NCBI RefSeq assembly: GCF_018350175.1
Contig: NC_058368.1
Span: forward strand, 69,132,001-69,196,000
DNA from: Felis catus
Lineage: Eukaryota
Length of the DNA stretch: 64,000 bases
Direction: 5' to 3'
The notes under the pieces are model-generated. The model ran no database searches. It worked only from the letters and a program-made list of their open reading frames with translations, and was not told the DNA's origin. Positions 25,248 through 37,976 of the stretch are shown one piece after another. A program made the translations under genes and the position numbers. Positions within the stretch are counted from its first letter, which is position 1. Each line of letters starts with the position of its first letter.

Positions 25248-26304
25248 TTGTCAAACTTCTTAATGGTATTGTAGGCTTCAGTTATTTTAGTCCAGAAGAA
25301 ATAGCATTAATTAGACACTATGTGTCAGGCAGTTGCACATGCACTATCTCCTTTCAGCCCTGTATGATTAGCATCTTCATTTTACAGATGAATTTGTCCA
25401 AAACCACAATGCTCTCCCAAATGGCAGCCCTTCCTCCCAATCTAGTAGAGAAATCATATCAAGCAGTATGGAGCAGCCCACCAAAACTCACAGAGGGGAG
25501 TAAACAGATCCTCCCTGTGTTCCCCCAGGACACACACAAAATGTGTTCTTAGCAGCCTCCAGAATACCTTGAGCAGAGACAGCTTTTAGGTAGTAAGGGA
25601 AGAATCCAGACTGAGGCCAAAAGGCCCAAGATGGAATCTATGTCCTACTTGGCCTCTGTGTCCTATGTCTTTACTTCTTTCCTTTAACAAATATTTATGA
25701 AGCATCAAGTGTGTGCCAGGCACTGTGCAAGTCAGTGGAGGTTCATTAATAAAGGAAGAAGACACAGACCTTACCTTCAAGAAGCTGATGGTCTACTGGG
25801 AGAAAAGATTTTAATCAAATATTGACACAATCATACAATACAAATAGAAATAAACCCTGTAAAGTAAAAGTTGTGTTTGCGATACAAGTGCATAACAAAG
25901 GTTTTTAAACTAGTGAAGAGGAACACCATGACTTTGCACCACTCCAGGGGCACTGTCCACCTAAAATGGAGTTGTGCAACATGGCAGCCCAGTCAGACAA
26001 GGCTTGAGTAAGGGACACTTGCGTTCTGAGCCAAAGGATGTACTGGGGTTGACTGGGATCAGGGCCAAGGATCTGATGGGCAACTCATTCTGGGTCCAGA
26101 GAATATTACGTGCATGATCTTGAGGCAAAAGAAGGTTGGCATATTCACAGATCTGAGAGGAAGCCGTATGACTGCAGTACAGATTGAACATAGTGTCTCA
26201 TTTCCACCCGAACCAGTCACCTCACTGTCCCCAGCACACCTGGACCATTCGCCTTGATTTCTTTGTTCTCACATATTTTATTATCCTCTTCCTTCTTCTT
26301 TAAA

Positions 26305-27462
26305 ATTTAGTTCACAACTCAAAATGGATCATAACCCTTGACGCAAAACCAACAACTATAAAAATTCTAAAAAAATAAAAAATAAAAATTAGGAAAAAGA
26401 CTTTGTGACTTTGGGTTGGCCAAAGATTTTTTGGATAGGACACCACAAGCATGATCAATAAGATAAAAACTTCATAAATCAGACTTCGTTGAAATTCAAA
26501 AACTTTTGTTCTTCAAAGGACACTATTGAAAGAATGAAAAGGTAAGCCACAGAATGGGAGAAATATAAGCAAATATGTAGCTGATGAAGGGCTTGAATCC
26601 AGAATACATAAAGAACTCTCAGAAGTCAACAATAAAACAAACAACCTGACAAAAAGTGGACAAAACATTTGAATAGACATGCCACCCAAGAAGATATTTA
26701 GATTGTAAATAAAGGCAGAAAGTGCTCAACATCATTAGTCATTAGTAAATTAAAACCACAATGAGATACCACTGCACATCTATTAGAACAGTTAAAATTA
26801 AAAAGACCAGCCATACCAAATTTGGTGTGGATGTGGAACAAGTGGGATTCTCATACAGTGCTGGTGGTGATGTAAAATAATACAATCATTTTAGAAATGG
26901 AACATTTTGGAAAATAGTTTGACATATGATCATATGTCCCAGCTGATCGTATGACCCAGCCATTTATTTGCACTGCTAGGTAGTTACCTGAGAGAAATAG
27001 AAGCATACATCCAACAAAGCCTTGTACATGAATGTTCTAGCATCGTTATTTGTAACAACCAAAAACTGGAAACAATCCATATGTCCATCAACAGATAGAT
27101 GAGTAAAGTAATTGTGCTATATCCATATCATGGGTTATTTCTCAACAATTGAAAAAAAAAGTGAACTACGAACACATGCAACAATTTGGAGGAATTTCAA
27201 AATAACTGTATTATGTAGAAGAAGCCAGACAAAAATTTCTAGCGGATACAAATTCCAGTGACAACAAGCAGACCAGTGACTCCTGGAGGTGGAAAGGCAT
27301 GAGGGGGAGGAAATACAGAAGAGCGAAAGAAAACTAAGAGCATGTCTTGACTTGAGGGTGGTTTCATAGGTGTATGCATATGCCAAAATAGATCAAATTT
27401 TACAATTTAAATATGTACAGTTTGTCATTCCAAATCTAGCCCAATAAAGCTTCTAAAAAATA
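26305..27462 (+). mobile_element. Old L1 (L1MB-like) ORF2 3' end and 3' UTR
   Basis: aaaaggtaagccacagaatgggagaa, aaaaccacaatgagataccact, aaaaactggaaacaatccatatgtccatcaaca, terminal aataaagc. Confidence 0.85.
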
Positions 27463-29393
27463 AAGAGTATTTTCACAATGCAGCTCGTGACAAATCACCT
27501 CAGAGACATCTCTGATGCCCAGCCACCATTTTGCTCATCTCCCTTGACACGGGTGAATACTCAACACTTTACTATTCATTTGACTTTTCACATTTATCGT
27601 ATTGTTGGTTATCATTTGATTAGGTATGTTTCCGGGTTACCACCTCATGAACAGAATCAGGACCTCTGTTCCTCCTTCAGCTCCTAGAACAGTTCTAAGC
27701 ATGTAGCAGGCCCTCAATAAACATTCTGTTGAACAATTTACATTGTGTCTCTAGAGAAAAACATTTTGTGGTGCTTTTCTGAAGACAAATTATGGGACTT
27801 CTTCCAACACTTGATCGAGTTGATAGAAACAAATTTCTAATTTATACTTAAGCAGCACATTGCCAAACCCAGCAATTTCCAGTGTGAAAGATATTTACTA
27901 ATCTAAAAGCTGCAATAAATCATGTGTGACAAAATCAGCGTGTTTGGCCAAGGATCAGAGGAATTCGCATCATAACCCACACAATTAACCAAGGCTGCCA
28001 AAGTAAATGTCTCAAAAGAAGCTAATTTGTAACTTTTCTTATTTGTTCCTTCATTTATTTACACCTCACTCATAACAAAATGGGTATATGAGAAGAATAA
28101 AATAAGAATGATATAAAAAGTTCATGTGTTCCAGATTAATTTGGTATCTCAGCTTCAGAGAACCCAAGTTTTGTATCAAAGCTTTTCTTTTATCCTAGAC
28201 AATATCACTAAGTAATTACTATTGCATAAGACACCAGCATAGGGAAGGTGGTACTGTGCAGCAAATTCTGTATTTCTAGTTGAAACCTGGATATTAGCTG
28301 CTAAAACCACCACTCCCCCTCCAATCTTTAGAGAAAACTGCCATGAACCCTCACTCCTGGTTAAAGCTCAATGCTTTTGCCAAGGTTATAGCAGATTTCA
28401 GAGAAGCCTGGATTCTCAGGTCTACCTGTGGTCTAAGGGCTCTTCATTCATGGGTTAGTTCCACCTTGGAATTTCTTGACTTCTCGTTCATGCTCTTGAT
28501 CTCACCCCACACAGAACCAGCCATACAGCAACGCATCTCAACACGCAGGCACCTTCAAGTAGAGCATTGGACCACCATGTCCTTGCGTGGTTAGACCGTT
28601 CCACTGCTGGGGATTCTTTTCCACTGCAGGCCACTTAGAAACCCACTCTCCAAGATCTAACTGGCTTCTCACTTCCTCTTGGCCCTCTCATCACTCTTCT
28701 CCATCAATCCTTCCGGCTCCCAACCTTCTCCCTCTGCTAGGCAGAACAATAAACCTTTCCACCTCGATTCCCAGACACTGCTTCAGCCATCTTAGCCTCT
28801 CCAAACTCAGGGAGGCACTCCACAGCACATTTCTTTTGCAGTAAAAACATCAACCCCTTTTTAAAATGCAGCCGTATTAGTGTAGAGCAGTTTCTGTTTG
28901 CCATCGTATTTTCCAGGCTTTGATTTCAATCCAAAAATTCACTAAGTGAGTGCACTGGAGGCCATCCCAATGCACCATATGGTATATTACAACTTTTCGG
29001 ACGTCAAACCTCAAATGTGTTTTTTCTCCCCATGAGGTTTTCCCTGGCTACTCAGGTAGTTACTTCCTCCTTCTACATTTCCTCAGGATTTATGTCATCG
29101 TGGTGTTTATGGTGTTTCCCTCTCTTCCACCGGCCTGAGGATGGGAATCATATCTTATTCATCTCTGTAGCTACACCAGCAACTCTCAAGAGTAGGCATT
29201 CCATAAACATTTGTCAAATCAATCATTCAGTACCAATTATGTCCGGTTAAGATTGGGCAGCAAATCAGACATTTAGTCCCAGACAGGCAAATGTGCAAAA
29301 TCCCTACAAAAGAGAAGCTGTAATGCCAAAAGTTACAAATGGCCTTTTAAACCCCTATACACAACAAAACCAGAGAGCTTTTCAATGCGAAAA

Positions 29394-29408
29394 GGTACAC
29401 CGTGTACC
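29394..29408. promoter_or_regulatory. Candidate steroid-receptor response element (IR3; GR/AR/PR/MR class)
   Basis: GGTACA-ccg-TGTACC perfect 6-3-6 palindrome in apparently unique sequence; motif match only. Confidence 0.45.
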
Positions 29409-30224
29409 TTAGATCGTCAGCTTATTCTAAAGCAGGCTTCCTTCCAAGCCCGGCTTTCCACTTTCCTAAATTGTGTTCTAGCTGTGCTGCCTCTGGAATT
29501 CACAGTGTGTCCACTTCACTAGAGGCTGACTCATGCTCACCATGCAACAAATTAATTCCATTGTGAGATCATTTGGAGGCACTAGACAGAAGACTATAAA
29601 CCAATCCCTCCAACAAAAGATGGTTTCTCAGCAAAGCATTTTCGCCCACCTTCTCTCTCGGCTCGTTTTCCAAAGCATAATCGTGGGGCAAATTGGAAGC
29701 TCACTAAAAATAACAGCCATGTCTAGCTTTTCTTTGTACACCATCTTACACAAACTTGAGCTTAGTAGGTATTCAAGACGTCCTGAAGTGCATGGAAATG
29801 ACTATGAAGTCGATTCGGCACAGCAGTGACTTTCCCAAAATATGTGTTTGTATATGCATGTATGTACGTGTACATGTCCACATATACATGCACACATAGG
29901 CACGCAAACATGTATACATAAAGAGAGTGCACCTGCATGATAGACAGCAGTAAGCAGTGGGGCCTGACCACTGACTACCCCGTAGACACCACACCACGCC
30001 ATCCACTTATTCATTGAGTCAGTCAACACTTATAAAGTCACAACATGCCAGGGAGAACCCTTAAGACGGGAAGAAAAGGTTTCTTGTCTCTTTGCAGCTG
30101 TCTCTGGTTTTTCTCTCTATTGGAGCAGAGAAGAGGAAGAAGCGGTGGAAAAATAATGCAGCCTCGCTTTCCAGGCGCATCGCCGTTGGGAGAATATGGA
30201 TGGTGTTATTAAAGGGCAGTAGGA

Positions 30225-30445
30225 GGGGCACCTGGGTGGCTCAGTCAGTGAAGCATCTGACTTGGCTCAGGTCATGATCTCCCGGCTTGTGGGACTGAGC
30301 GTCACATCAGGCTCTGTGCTGATGGGATGGTGTGGAGCCTGCTTGGGATTCTCTATCTCCCTCCCTGCCTCCCTCTCTCTCTGCCCCTCCCCCACTTGCT
30401 CTCTATCTCTCTCTCAAAATAAATAAACATTTTTAAAAAGTAAAC
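30225..30445 (+). mobile_element. Can-SINE
   Basis: Perfect TSD aaagggcagtagga at 30211-30224 and 30446-30459. Confidence 0.95.
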
Positions 30446-31074
30446 AAAGGGCAGTAGGAATAAACCCCAGGCAGCCCCCAACAATGGAAAAGTGCCAAAA
30501 AGGATTGAATGACTGAATGAACATCGAATCCATGTGCTTTAGAATAAGCTATCAGATACCTGAACTCGGTCTGAGAAAAAGTAAGGAACAAAGCAGGAAA
30601 GCATCTCCAGAGCCTGAGTTATAAGGAAGAAATGCAAATGCCACATACGCATGGTGTGGATACGATCAGTGGACAATGGTCAACATATATTTGAGATGGA
30701 GGTATTTATCAACCAAAACATCTAAACCCATAATATCTCAGAGCTTAAAAGACCTTAAATATCCTCTGTCCCAACACTTCTCGAAGTTTTATGTATCACA
30801 GCACACGTAGAAAATGACAATATTTGGAAAGCATTCTGGGGTCGATGAAGAAGGTTGCTTAGGGCAGGAGGCTACTGGCTAAAGGCTCCATCCAGCCTCC
30901 CTGAGGGCTAAGGGAATCAGTATCTTGGGACCTTAGCTGGGAAGGCCTGTATTAGGCCCATCTCCTACCTTTACAGGTAAGGAAATTAGATCCTTGCATG
31001 AGATCATCCATCTGGAGAGTCACAACAGAGCCAGGAGTAGGACTTCAAGTGTCTTTCTTTATTTCTATTTTTAC

Positions 31075-31265
31075 TCCAATGCTTCTCGAAGTATGGTCCC
31101 CAGACCACCAGTACCAAGGCCACCTTGGAACTTGTTCAGACGCAGACTCTCAGACCCCACCCTAGACCTACCGAATCAGACTCTGGAGGAGAGAGGCAGG
31201 CATTCTGCACTCTAACAAGCCTCCCAGGTGATTCTGATGCTCACCTAAGTGTGAGAACCACCATG
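31075..31265. mobile_element. MER5A-like hAT DNA transposon
   Basis: aagtatggtccccagaccacca .. agacctaccgaatcagactct .. aacaagcctcccaggtgattctgatgc .. gagaaccac. Confidence 0.8.
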
Positions 31266-31326
31266 GGAGTCTATACTAATTCTGTGTTTTCATAAGCTAC
31301 TAAGTTAACATTCAGGTTGTCCAACT

Positions 31327-31522
31327 CAGGGGGTGGCAAAGTGTTTTCTGAAAAGGACTTGATACTAAATATTTTAGGCTTTGCAGGCCATTCAAGCTCT
31401 GTTACAGCTACTTAACTCTGCCACTCTAGTACAAAAGCAGTTATAGGCCATACATAAATGAACGAGCAAGGCCGTTTAGGCAGTAGAGTGGATGTGGCCC
31501 ATGCATAGTTTGCCAACCCCTG
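31327..31522. mobile_element. MER58-like hAT DNA transposon
   Basis: Terminal inverted repeats cagggggtggcaaa / tttgccaacccctg; internal aatattttaggctttgcaggcca. Confidence 0.8.
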
Positions 31523-31944
31523 GTAACTGACGATTAGAATAGATTCTTTAACCTCGCAATTTAAGTTCTTAGCCATTGTGGTTAATAAAATCTCTTAGCA
31601 ACCTATGGCATCTGTCAATGTTGGTGTCAATATTTGTCTTTTTCCATTCAATTAACATGTGCTAAATGCCTCCTAAGTGCCAGACTCAGGGCATACAGAG
31701 ATGAAAAGATCCAATCCATGCCCTCAAGTATTAGAATTTCATGCAGTAGGGAAGCAAGAAATCAAATAAAATTACATGGGTTTTGAATGTGGTCTTGTTG
31801 AAGAAAAAAAAAACCCTTAAGTATATGAATTTTGCTGCTAAATATGTTAAGATTTTCCATTTATAAATGGACAAAAAGTATGATAATGCATAGTCCCAAT
31901 TTTAACCCAGCAGGGACGGTAACTGTACTGGCAACCACTGTTTT

Positions 31945-32442
31945 ATTAAACCCACAGGTTCTGTGGGTCAGGAATTCAGACAGGGAAAATTGGGAATATT
32001 TCCATCTGTTTCCACAAAGATTGAAGCCTTTATAAAGAAGACTTGAGTGGGTAAGGGATAGGATCTTTTGGAGGCTTCTTTATTCACATGTCCAGTGCCT
32101 GGGCTCACATGATTTCAAAAACCTAACTGAACTGGGATCACAGGTCAGATTCCCCTGCACATGGCTTCTCTACATGTCCTGGGCACCTCATGGCATGGTG
32201 GCCTCTGAGCCATCAGACTTTTCACATGACAGCTCAGGACTCCAAGACCGTGCATTCCAATGACCAAAGCAAAAGCAGCATGGCCTTTTCGGATCACACT
32301 CTAGAAGACACAGCCCATCATGTTTGCCATACTCTCCTGACCAAGGCAACACAAGTCTTCCCAGATTCAAGAGATGGAGGTATAACCCCACCCCTTGAAG
32401 GCAAGAGGGTCAAACAGCTTTTATCCACATATTGAAACACCA
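31945..32442 (-). mobile_element. MLT1-type MaLR LTR
   Basis: cacaggttctgtgggtcaggaattcagacaggg .. acatggcttctctacatg .. cccagattcaagag. Confidence 0.65.
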
Positions 32443-32543
32443 GGCAGAATAACCAACTATGACACATGCCCTATCCCAGAGCAAGGGAGATTTATGGAAT
32501 TTTTAAAACTGCAGGTAATGTGCTAAATTAAAAACAACGCTGC

Positions 32544-32768
32544 GGGGCGCCTGGGTGGCTCAGTCAGTTGAGCGCCTGACTCTTGATTTCGGCTCAGGTC
32601 ATGATCTCACGGTTTTTGGGTTCGAGCCCCATGTCGGGCTCTGTGCTGACAGCACAGGTCCTGCTTGGGATTCTCTCCCTCCATCTCTCTCTCTCTCTCT
32701 GTCCCTCGGCTTGCTTTCTCTCTCTCTTCCAATCTCAAAATAAATAAACATTAAAAAAAAAAAAAAAA
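32544..32768 (+). mobile_element. Can-SINE
   Basis: ggggcgcctgggtggctcag head, poly-A tail, aacgctgc on both flanks. Confidence 0.93.
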
Positions 32769-33097
32769 ACGCTGCTAAAAATCCAAAATGGAAGAATGGG
32801 TATAGAATCCATTTGATTTGGGTGTACTCATTAAATAATGACCTCCGAAAGAATTTAGGCAATGTTTCCATCTGTCCAAAAAACAAAAAGGACTGAAGAT
32901 GTTGTGTAGAACTGAATAGCACGTAGACTATGGGGTCATCCACTATCAAGGCCAGCGGCTGGCTATCATCAAAGGATAGACACCCAGAGCCCTTTACCAA
33001 ATGCCAGAAATCCCACTTATCAGGGAATAAGGATGGAATTAAAAGGATTTATTTGTAGATTTTCATGGGCATATCTTTTTAAAAAAAACAAGTAACT

Positions 33098-33306
33098 TGG
33101 GGCATCTGGGTGGCTCGGTCAGTTAAGCATCCAACTCTTGGTTTTGGCTCAGGCCATCATCTCACAGTTTGGAGTTCAAGCCCCCTTCGGGCTCCATGTT
33201 GATGGTGTGGAGCCCACTTGAGATCATCTCCCTCTCTCTGCCCCACCCCAGCTTGCTCTCTCTCTCTCTCCCAAAGTAAATAAATAAACTTAAAAAAAAA
33301 AAAAAA
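33098..33306 (+). mobile_element. Can-SINE
   Basis: Typical body; aaaacaagtaa on both flanks. Confidence 0.92.
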
Positions 33307-33726
33307 CAAGTAAACTTGAATTCCCCTTCCCTTGTGTCTGTTCCTCATTTAAAATTACTTACTTCTCAAGAATTCAGCACTAATTTAGAGATAACTTTAT
33401 AATCCTTGACACAGAAAAGTCAAATAGATGTTTTTCTCAGTGAAAAATGAGTTGTTTGTACACACTGTACATTTTTTTTCATCGTCTGCTTAAGAAGTCA
33501 TTAGGACAATAAATAATTAGAATTGTCTTAAATCCTTCCAGCTAAAAATTGGTTTTGAAAAAAGTTTAACCTACACGAATGGTTTTTTTCTAATTTGTCT
33601 GATTTTTCTAAAAATATGGACTAGTTTTTATGGTAAAAAGAAAAGTGAGAATTTTCAATCTAGTACAATAAAATAAGTGGGTCAAGATAATGCTAATATC
33701 TTCCTTTTTAAAAATAGAACTCTTTT

Positions 33727-33915
33727 GGGGCACCTGGGTGACTCAGTCAAGGGTCTGACTCTTGATTTTGGCTCAGTCATGATCTCATGGTTTGTGAGTT
33801 CAAGCCCCACATCGGGTTCTGTGCTAACAGCACAGAGCCTGCTTCAGGATTATCTCTCTCCTTCTCTGTCTGCCCCTCCCCAGCTTGTTCTCTCTCTTTC
33901 AGAATAAGTAAATAA
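33727..33915 (+). mobile_element. Can-SINE whose tail runs into a (CA)n microsatellite (33916-33966)
   Basis: Head and body visible; degenerate TSD aatagaactcttt / aatagagctgttt lies beyond the CA tract. Confidence 0.88.
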
Positions 33916-33918
33916 ACA

Positions 33919-33969
<51 letters not shown>

Positions 33970-34129
33970 GTGTATATAATAGAGCTGTTTAGAGGAGAAG
34001 CTTGAATACTTAATCTGGAATCATGGCAGTGTGGGTCGTCATTGCCTCCTAGGTCTTTACGGCTGTAAAGGGCCCTCAGGAATAACCTAGTCCAACCCTG
34101 TCATTTTGCACATGACTAGAGTAAGGCTC

Positions 34130-34525
34130 AAAGACGCCAAGAGTGGCACAGACAGCTTCTGCTCACCAAATTTTGCGAATGTTCTCCTACGTTTCCCAGT
34201 TCTCTCCTGAAGTGAGGTTGTGGCCATGTCACTAGTTCTGACCCATGCACAGTGGGCAGAAATGACATGCCACGTCCTGGCTAAAATAGTGAAGAGCTGA
34301 TATGTCCCTCCATCTCTCTTTCCCCTTGGTGGCCCCCATGTTGAGATGGTAGAAGTCATAAGAGCTGCCTGCATCTCTGAATCATCCTGGAGAAAGCTGC
34401 CCTGGGGAGTTCCCAAATGCTCATCTGACATTGCATAAGCAAGAGGCTAACCTTCATGGTATGAAGCCACAGAGGCGTCAGCATTGATTTGTTCCTGCAG
34501 CAAAGTTTACCACCTGTAACTGATG
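34130..34525 (+). mobile_element. MLT1-type MaLR LTR (old)
   Basis: ggttgtggccatgtcactagttctg .. gagaaagctgccctgg .. ttaccacctgtaactgatgca. Confidence 0.6.
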
Positions 34526-35086
34526 CACGAAGCAACTTGCTCAAGTTCAGCCAGCAAGTCAATGGCGAAGCTACAATGGGAACCCAAGTCTCCTGAATCA
34601 CCAGTCCAGGGCCATGCTTTGAAACCACAGAATCATCAGTGAGGCACTACCACAGCAAGTCATTTAGGCAAACAGACCCATTAGCTGAAAGTAATATTAA
34701 TTTATCAGCCAATATTAAATTGGCTGATAAAAACATGGCCCCCATGGATTGAGGTCCAGAACCAGACAGGATATGGTCAGGAAGGATGATTCAGCCTTCA
34801 GCACAGGACCAGAGAAGCTGAACCCCAGCTGGGAGAACAGATGCTCAGGACTGTTCCATGGACCTTTTCTGCCCAAATTGTACCTACTCCTCGAGATGAT
34901 GACAGTTGCTCATAGACACTGTAGCCCAGTTAGAAAACTAAATACCCAAAAGGAAGGGTTTTCACTTTCCTGTATGTGTACAGCAGCCATTAAACACAAA
35001 CAGGAAGTGTATGCCTCAGACTCAGATTAATTTAACATGATGTAGAATTTTTAAAAACAAATTGGAAAAAAAAAAAGTAGATTTCA

Positions 35087-35099
35087 GTTGCTAGGCAAC
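35087..35099. promoter_or_regulatory. Candidate RFX X-box
   Basis: GTTGCTAGGCAAC near-perfect palindrome; motif match only. Confidence 0.45.
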
Positions 35100-36104
35100 A
35101 TCAGTACAAAGCTCTTTCCTTCTCTTCGAGAGCATTCTCTCCATCTTCATGGACAAAAGTCAAACAGTACTCAGTGACAGGCATATATTTGGTTGTGACA
35201 TCAGACACCAAATTGAACTTTTCCTGAAAACAACATCCCACTTTGCATCAAGCCCTTCAGGAGTCCGAATTACTACCCTCTGTGCACAGGATGACGTTTC
35301 CTGTTCTGAAATACTAATCTTTCTCTGTACAAACAGGTTACAGGCTATCTTTTGTCAGTAATTGAAATAGAAGTAAGATTTGCAAAGTCATACAAGTCTG
35401 TTCTCTCTCAAGGACAGGAAAGGGTTAGCTGTATCCCATCCTGTGTGACACTATTCTCTGTCTACGTGTCAGAGAGCTTAAGCCAAAGGGAAGTCCCTTT
35501 CTTGCCTTGTCTCCTCCTGAGAAATGGATGCATTACTCTTTCACTGGCCTTTCACATGCATACACTCACTCAAATGTGAACCAGAAGTAACTCTAGCAAT
35601 AAGCATCGAGACAGTTATCTCTGGAACAGTCCAGAATACTTTCCACTGACCCATTGGGTTACACAGCCTCTTGCATTCCTCTCCCAGCCCTCCTCTCCCC
35701 CTTTTCACTTTGTTTGGCTTCATCCTCTGACCTGCTATTTACCTCACCCTCCTCTGGCCAACCTCTATTCTAGACCCAGTTTCCAGGATGAAGCTTACTG
35801 AGATCCTTAGAATTTATTTTTTTATCAGCCCCTAGCTCCAAACAAAAGGGCAACTTCCCTGGCAAAGAAGGAAATGAAAACGCACCTTAGGGGGTATCTT
35901 CCAAACTGCAGCTGCCCTACAGATACCTCTTGACCTGAAAGGAACCAGGAAGTAGGGTGGTCTCCCTAGCATTTCCATCAGGGGTAAAGAGAAGTTATCA
36001 AACTAGAGTTTCCGAAGCACCCGTTCTGTGTAAAACAGTGTCAGAACTGTAAAGACACACAAGAAGAAACACAACAGTTCTGGAGGAAATAAGACTAATG
36101 CAAA

Positions 36105-36980
36105 CTCCACACCTGAAAAACAAATAATCCAGTGAAGAAATGGGCAGAAGACATGAATAGACACTTCTCTAAAGAAGACATCCGGATGGCCAACAGGCAC
36201 ATGAAAAGATGCTCAACGTCGCATCCTCATCAGGGAAACACAAATCAAAACCACACTGAGATTATCACCTCATGCCAGTCAGAGTGGATAAAATGAAAAA
36301 ATCAGGTGACTACAGATGCTGGAGAGGATGTGGAGAAATGGCAACCCTCTTGCACTATTGGTGGGAATGCAAACTGGTGCAGCCGCTCTGGAAAACAGTG
36401 TGGAGGTTCCTCAAAAAATTAAAACTAGATCTACCCTATGACCCAGCAATAGCACTGCTAGGAATTTACCCAAGGGATATAGGAATGCTGATGCATAGGG
36501 GCACTTGTACCCCAATGTTTATAGCAGCACTTTCAACAATAGCTAAATTATGGAAAGAGCCTAATGTCCATCAACTGATGAATGGATAAAGAAATTGTGG
36601 TTTATATACACAATGGAATACTATGTGGCAATGAGAAAGAAGGAAATATGGCTTTTGTAGCAACGTGGGTGGAACTGGAGAGTGTTATGCTAAGTGAAAT
36701 AAATCATACAGAGAAAGACAGATACCATATGTTTTCACTCTTATGTGGATCCTGAGAAACTCAACAGAAGACCAGGGGGGAGGGGAAGGAAAAAAAAAAA
36801 GGTTAGAGAGGGAGGGAGCCAAAACATAAGAGACTCTTAAAAACTGAAAACAAACTGAGGGTTGATGGGGGGTGGGAGGGAGGGGAGGGTGGGTGATGGG
36901 TGTTGGGGAGGGCACCTGTTGGGATGAGCACTGGGTGTTGTATGGAAACCAATTAGACAATAAATTTCATATTAAAAAAA
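36105..36980 (+). mobile_element. 5'-truncated young felid LINE-1 (ORF2 C-terminus, 3' UTR, poly-A)
   Basis: Closely matches 57021-57912; ORF 36272-36589 has [18 protein letters not shown] aagactaatgcaaa at 36091-36104 and 36981-36994. Confidence 0.96.
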
Positions 36981-37923
36981 AAGACTAATGCAAAAGAAGG
37001 CAGCCCAGGCTATTCATTTCTCCTAATTTTCCCTTTATGAAAATATTACAAGAGATAAGGCAACCAGGGAGGGAGGCAGAAGACAATTTTAGAGATGGCA
37101 CTGGGCTACTTGGCATTATCAAATACCAGATTCCCAGTGACCCTCTTCTTGACCACAACGAGGGACAAAGGCACTTCCACAAGGACTCCAGAACATTGTC
37201 CAAGGTACCTGGCAGAAACTGGAACCTTGTACCCCAGTATAGCCTCTGTGTTTGTCCCTTCTGGTCCTGATGCAGAATGTGCTTTAGGATTAGGTTCTTA
37301 TTCTACTACTCTCATCCTTGGACCGTTTTCCTGCCTTACTGCCCACACCCAATTCTCCCCTTCCCAATTTCCTCTCCTTCCACTCATTTACCTCCTACAA
37401 TTGGCTGGCCCACATTAGGTTCTTGAATTCAGCACATTCCTTCCCTCCCTTCTATCTTCCCTCTCCAAAACATTTGTTAGGCACTATGCTGGTAAGCACA
37501 GAAAACATGAAGACAGAAAAAACCATTGCTCCTGTCCTTAGGGGGCTTATTATGTAAAATAGGCAGCCAACACATAAAGTTGTAAGTCCCACTGCAGCTG
37601 ACAGATCAAACACCCGCCCAACTGAGTTCTCTAGGACGGGCACTATATGAATGACAACAGGTTAAGTTTCTTCAGTTCATCCCAGTTGAATTTGGTGCAA
37701 GCCTAACCACCAAGGATGCAAAAGACCTCCCACCAAGCAAATTCAGTTACTACAACATCCTTTGGGGCAAAAATAATGTTTGAACTGCTTTGCTGAATCC
37801 AATATTCTTAGCACAGGGCATTTCTAGGCACGGAAAACTTGCTCATTAAAAATGTAAGGAGTGAAAGGTAATTCATTCAAAGGACCTTCTAGTCTTTTGC
37901 TTCTTTTGGTCTCCCTACCTTTC

Positions 37924-37925
<2 letters not shown>

Positions 37926-37973
<48 letters not shown>
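37926..37973. repeat. (CA)n microsatellite
   Basis: Direct reading. Confidence 0.95.
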
Positions 37974-37976
<3 letters not shown>

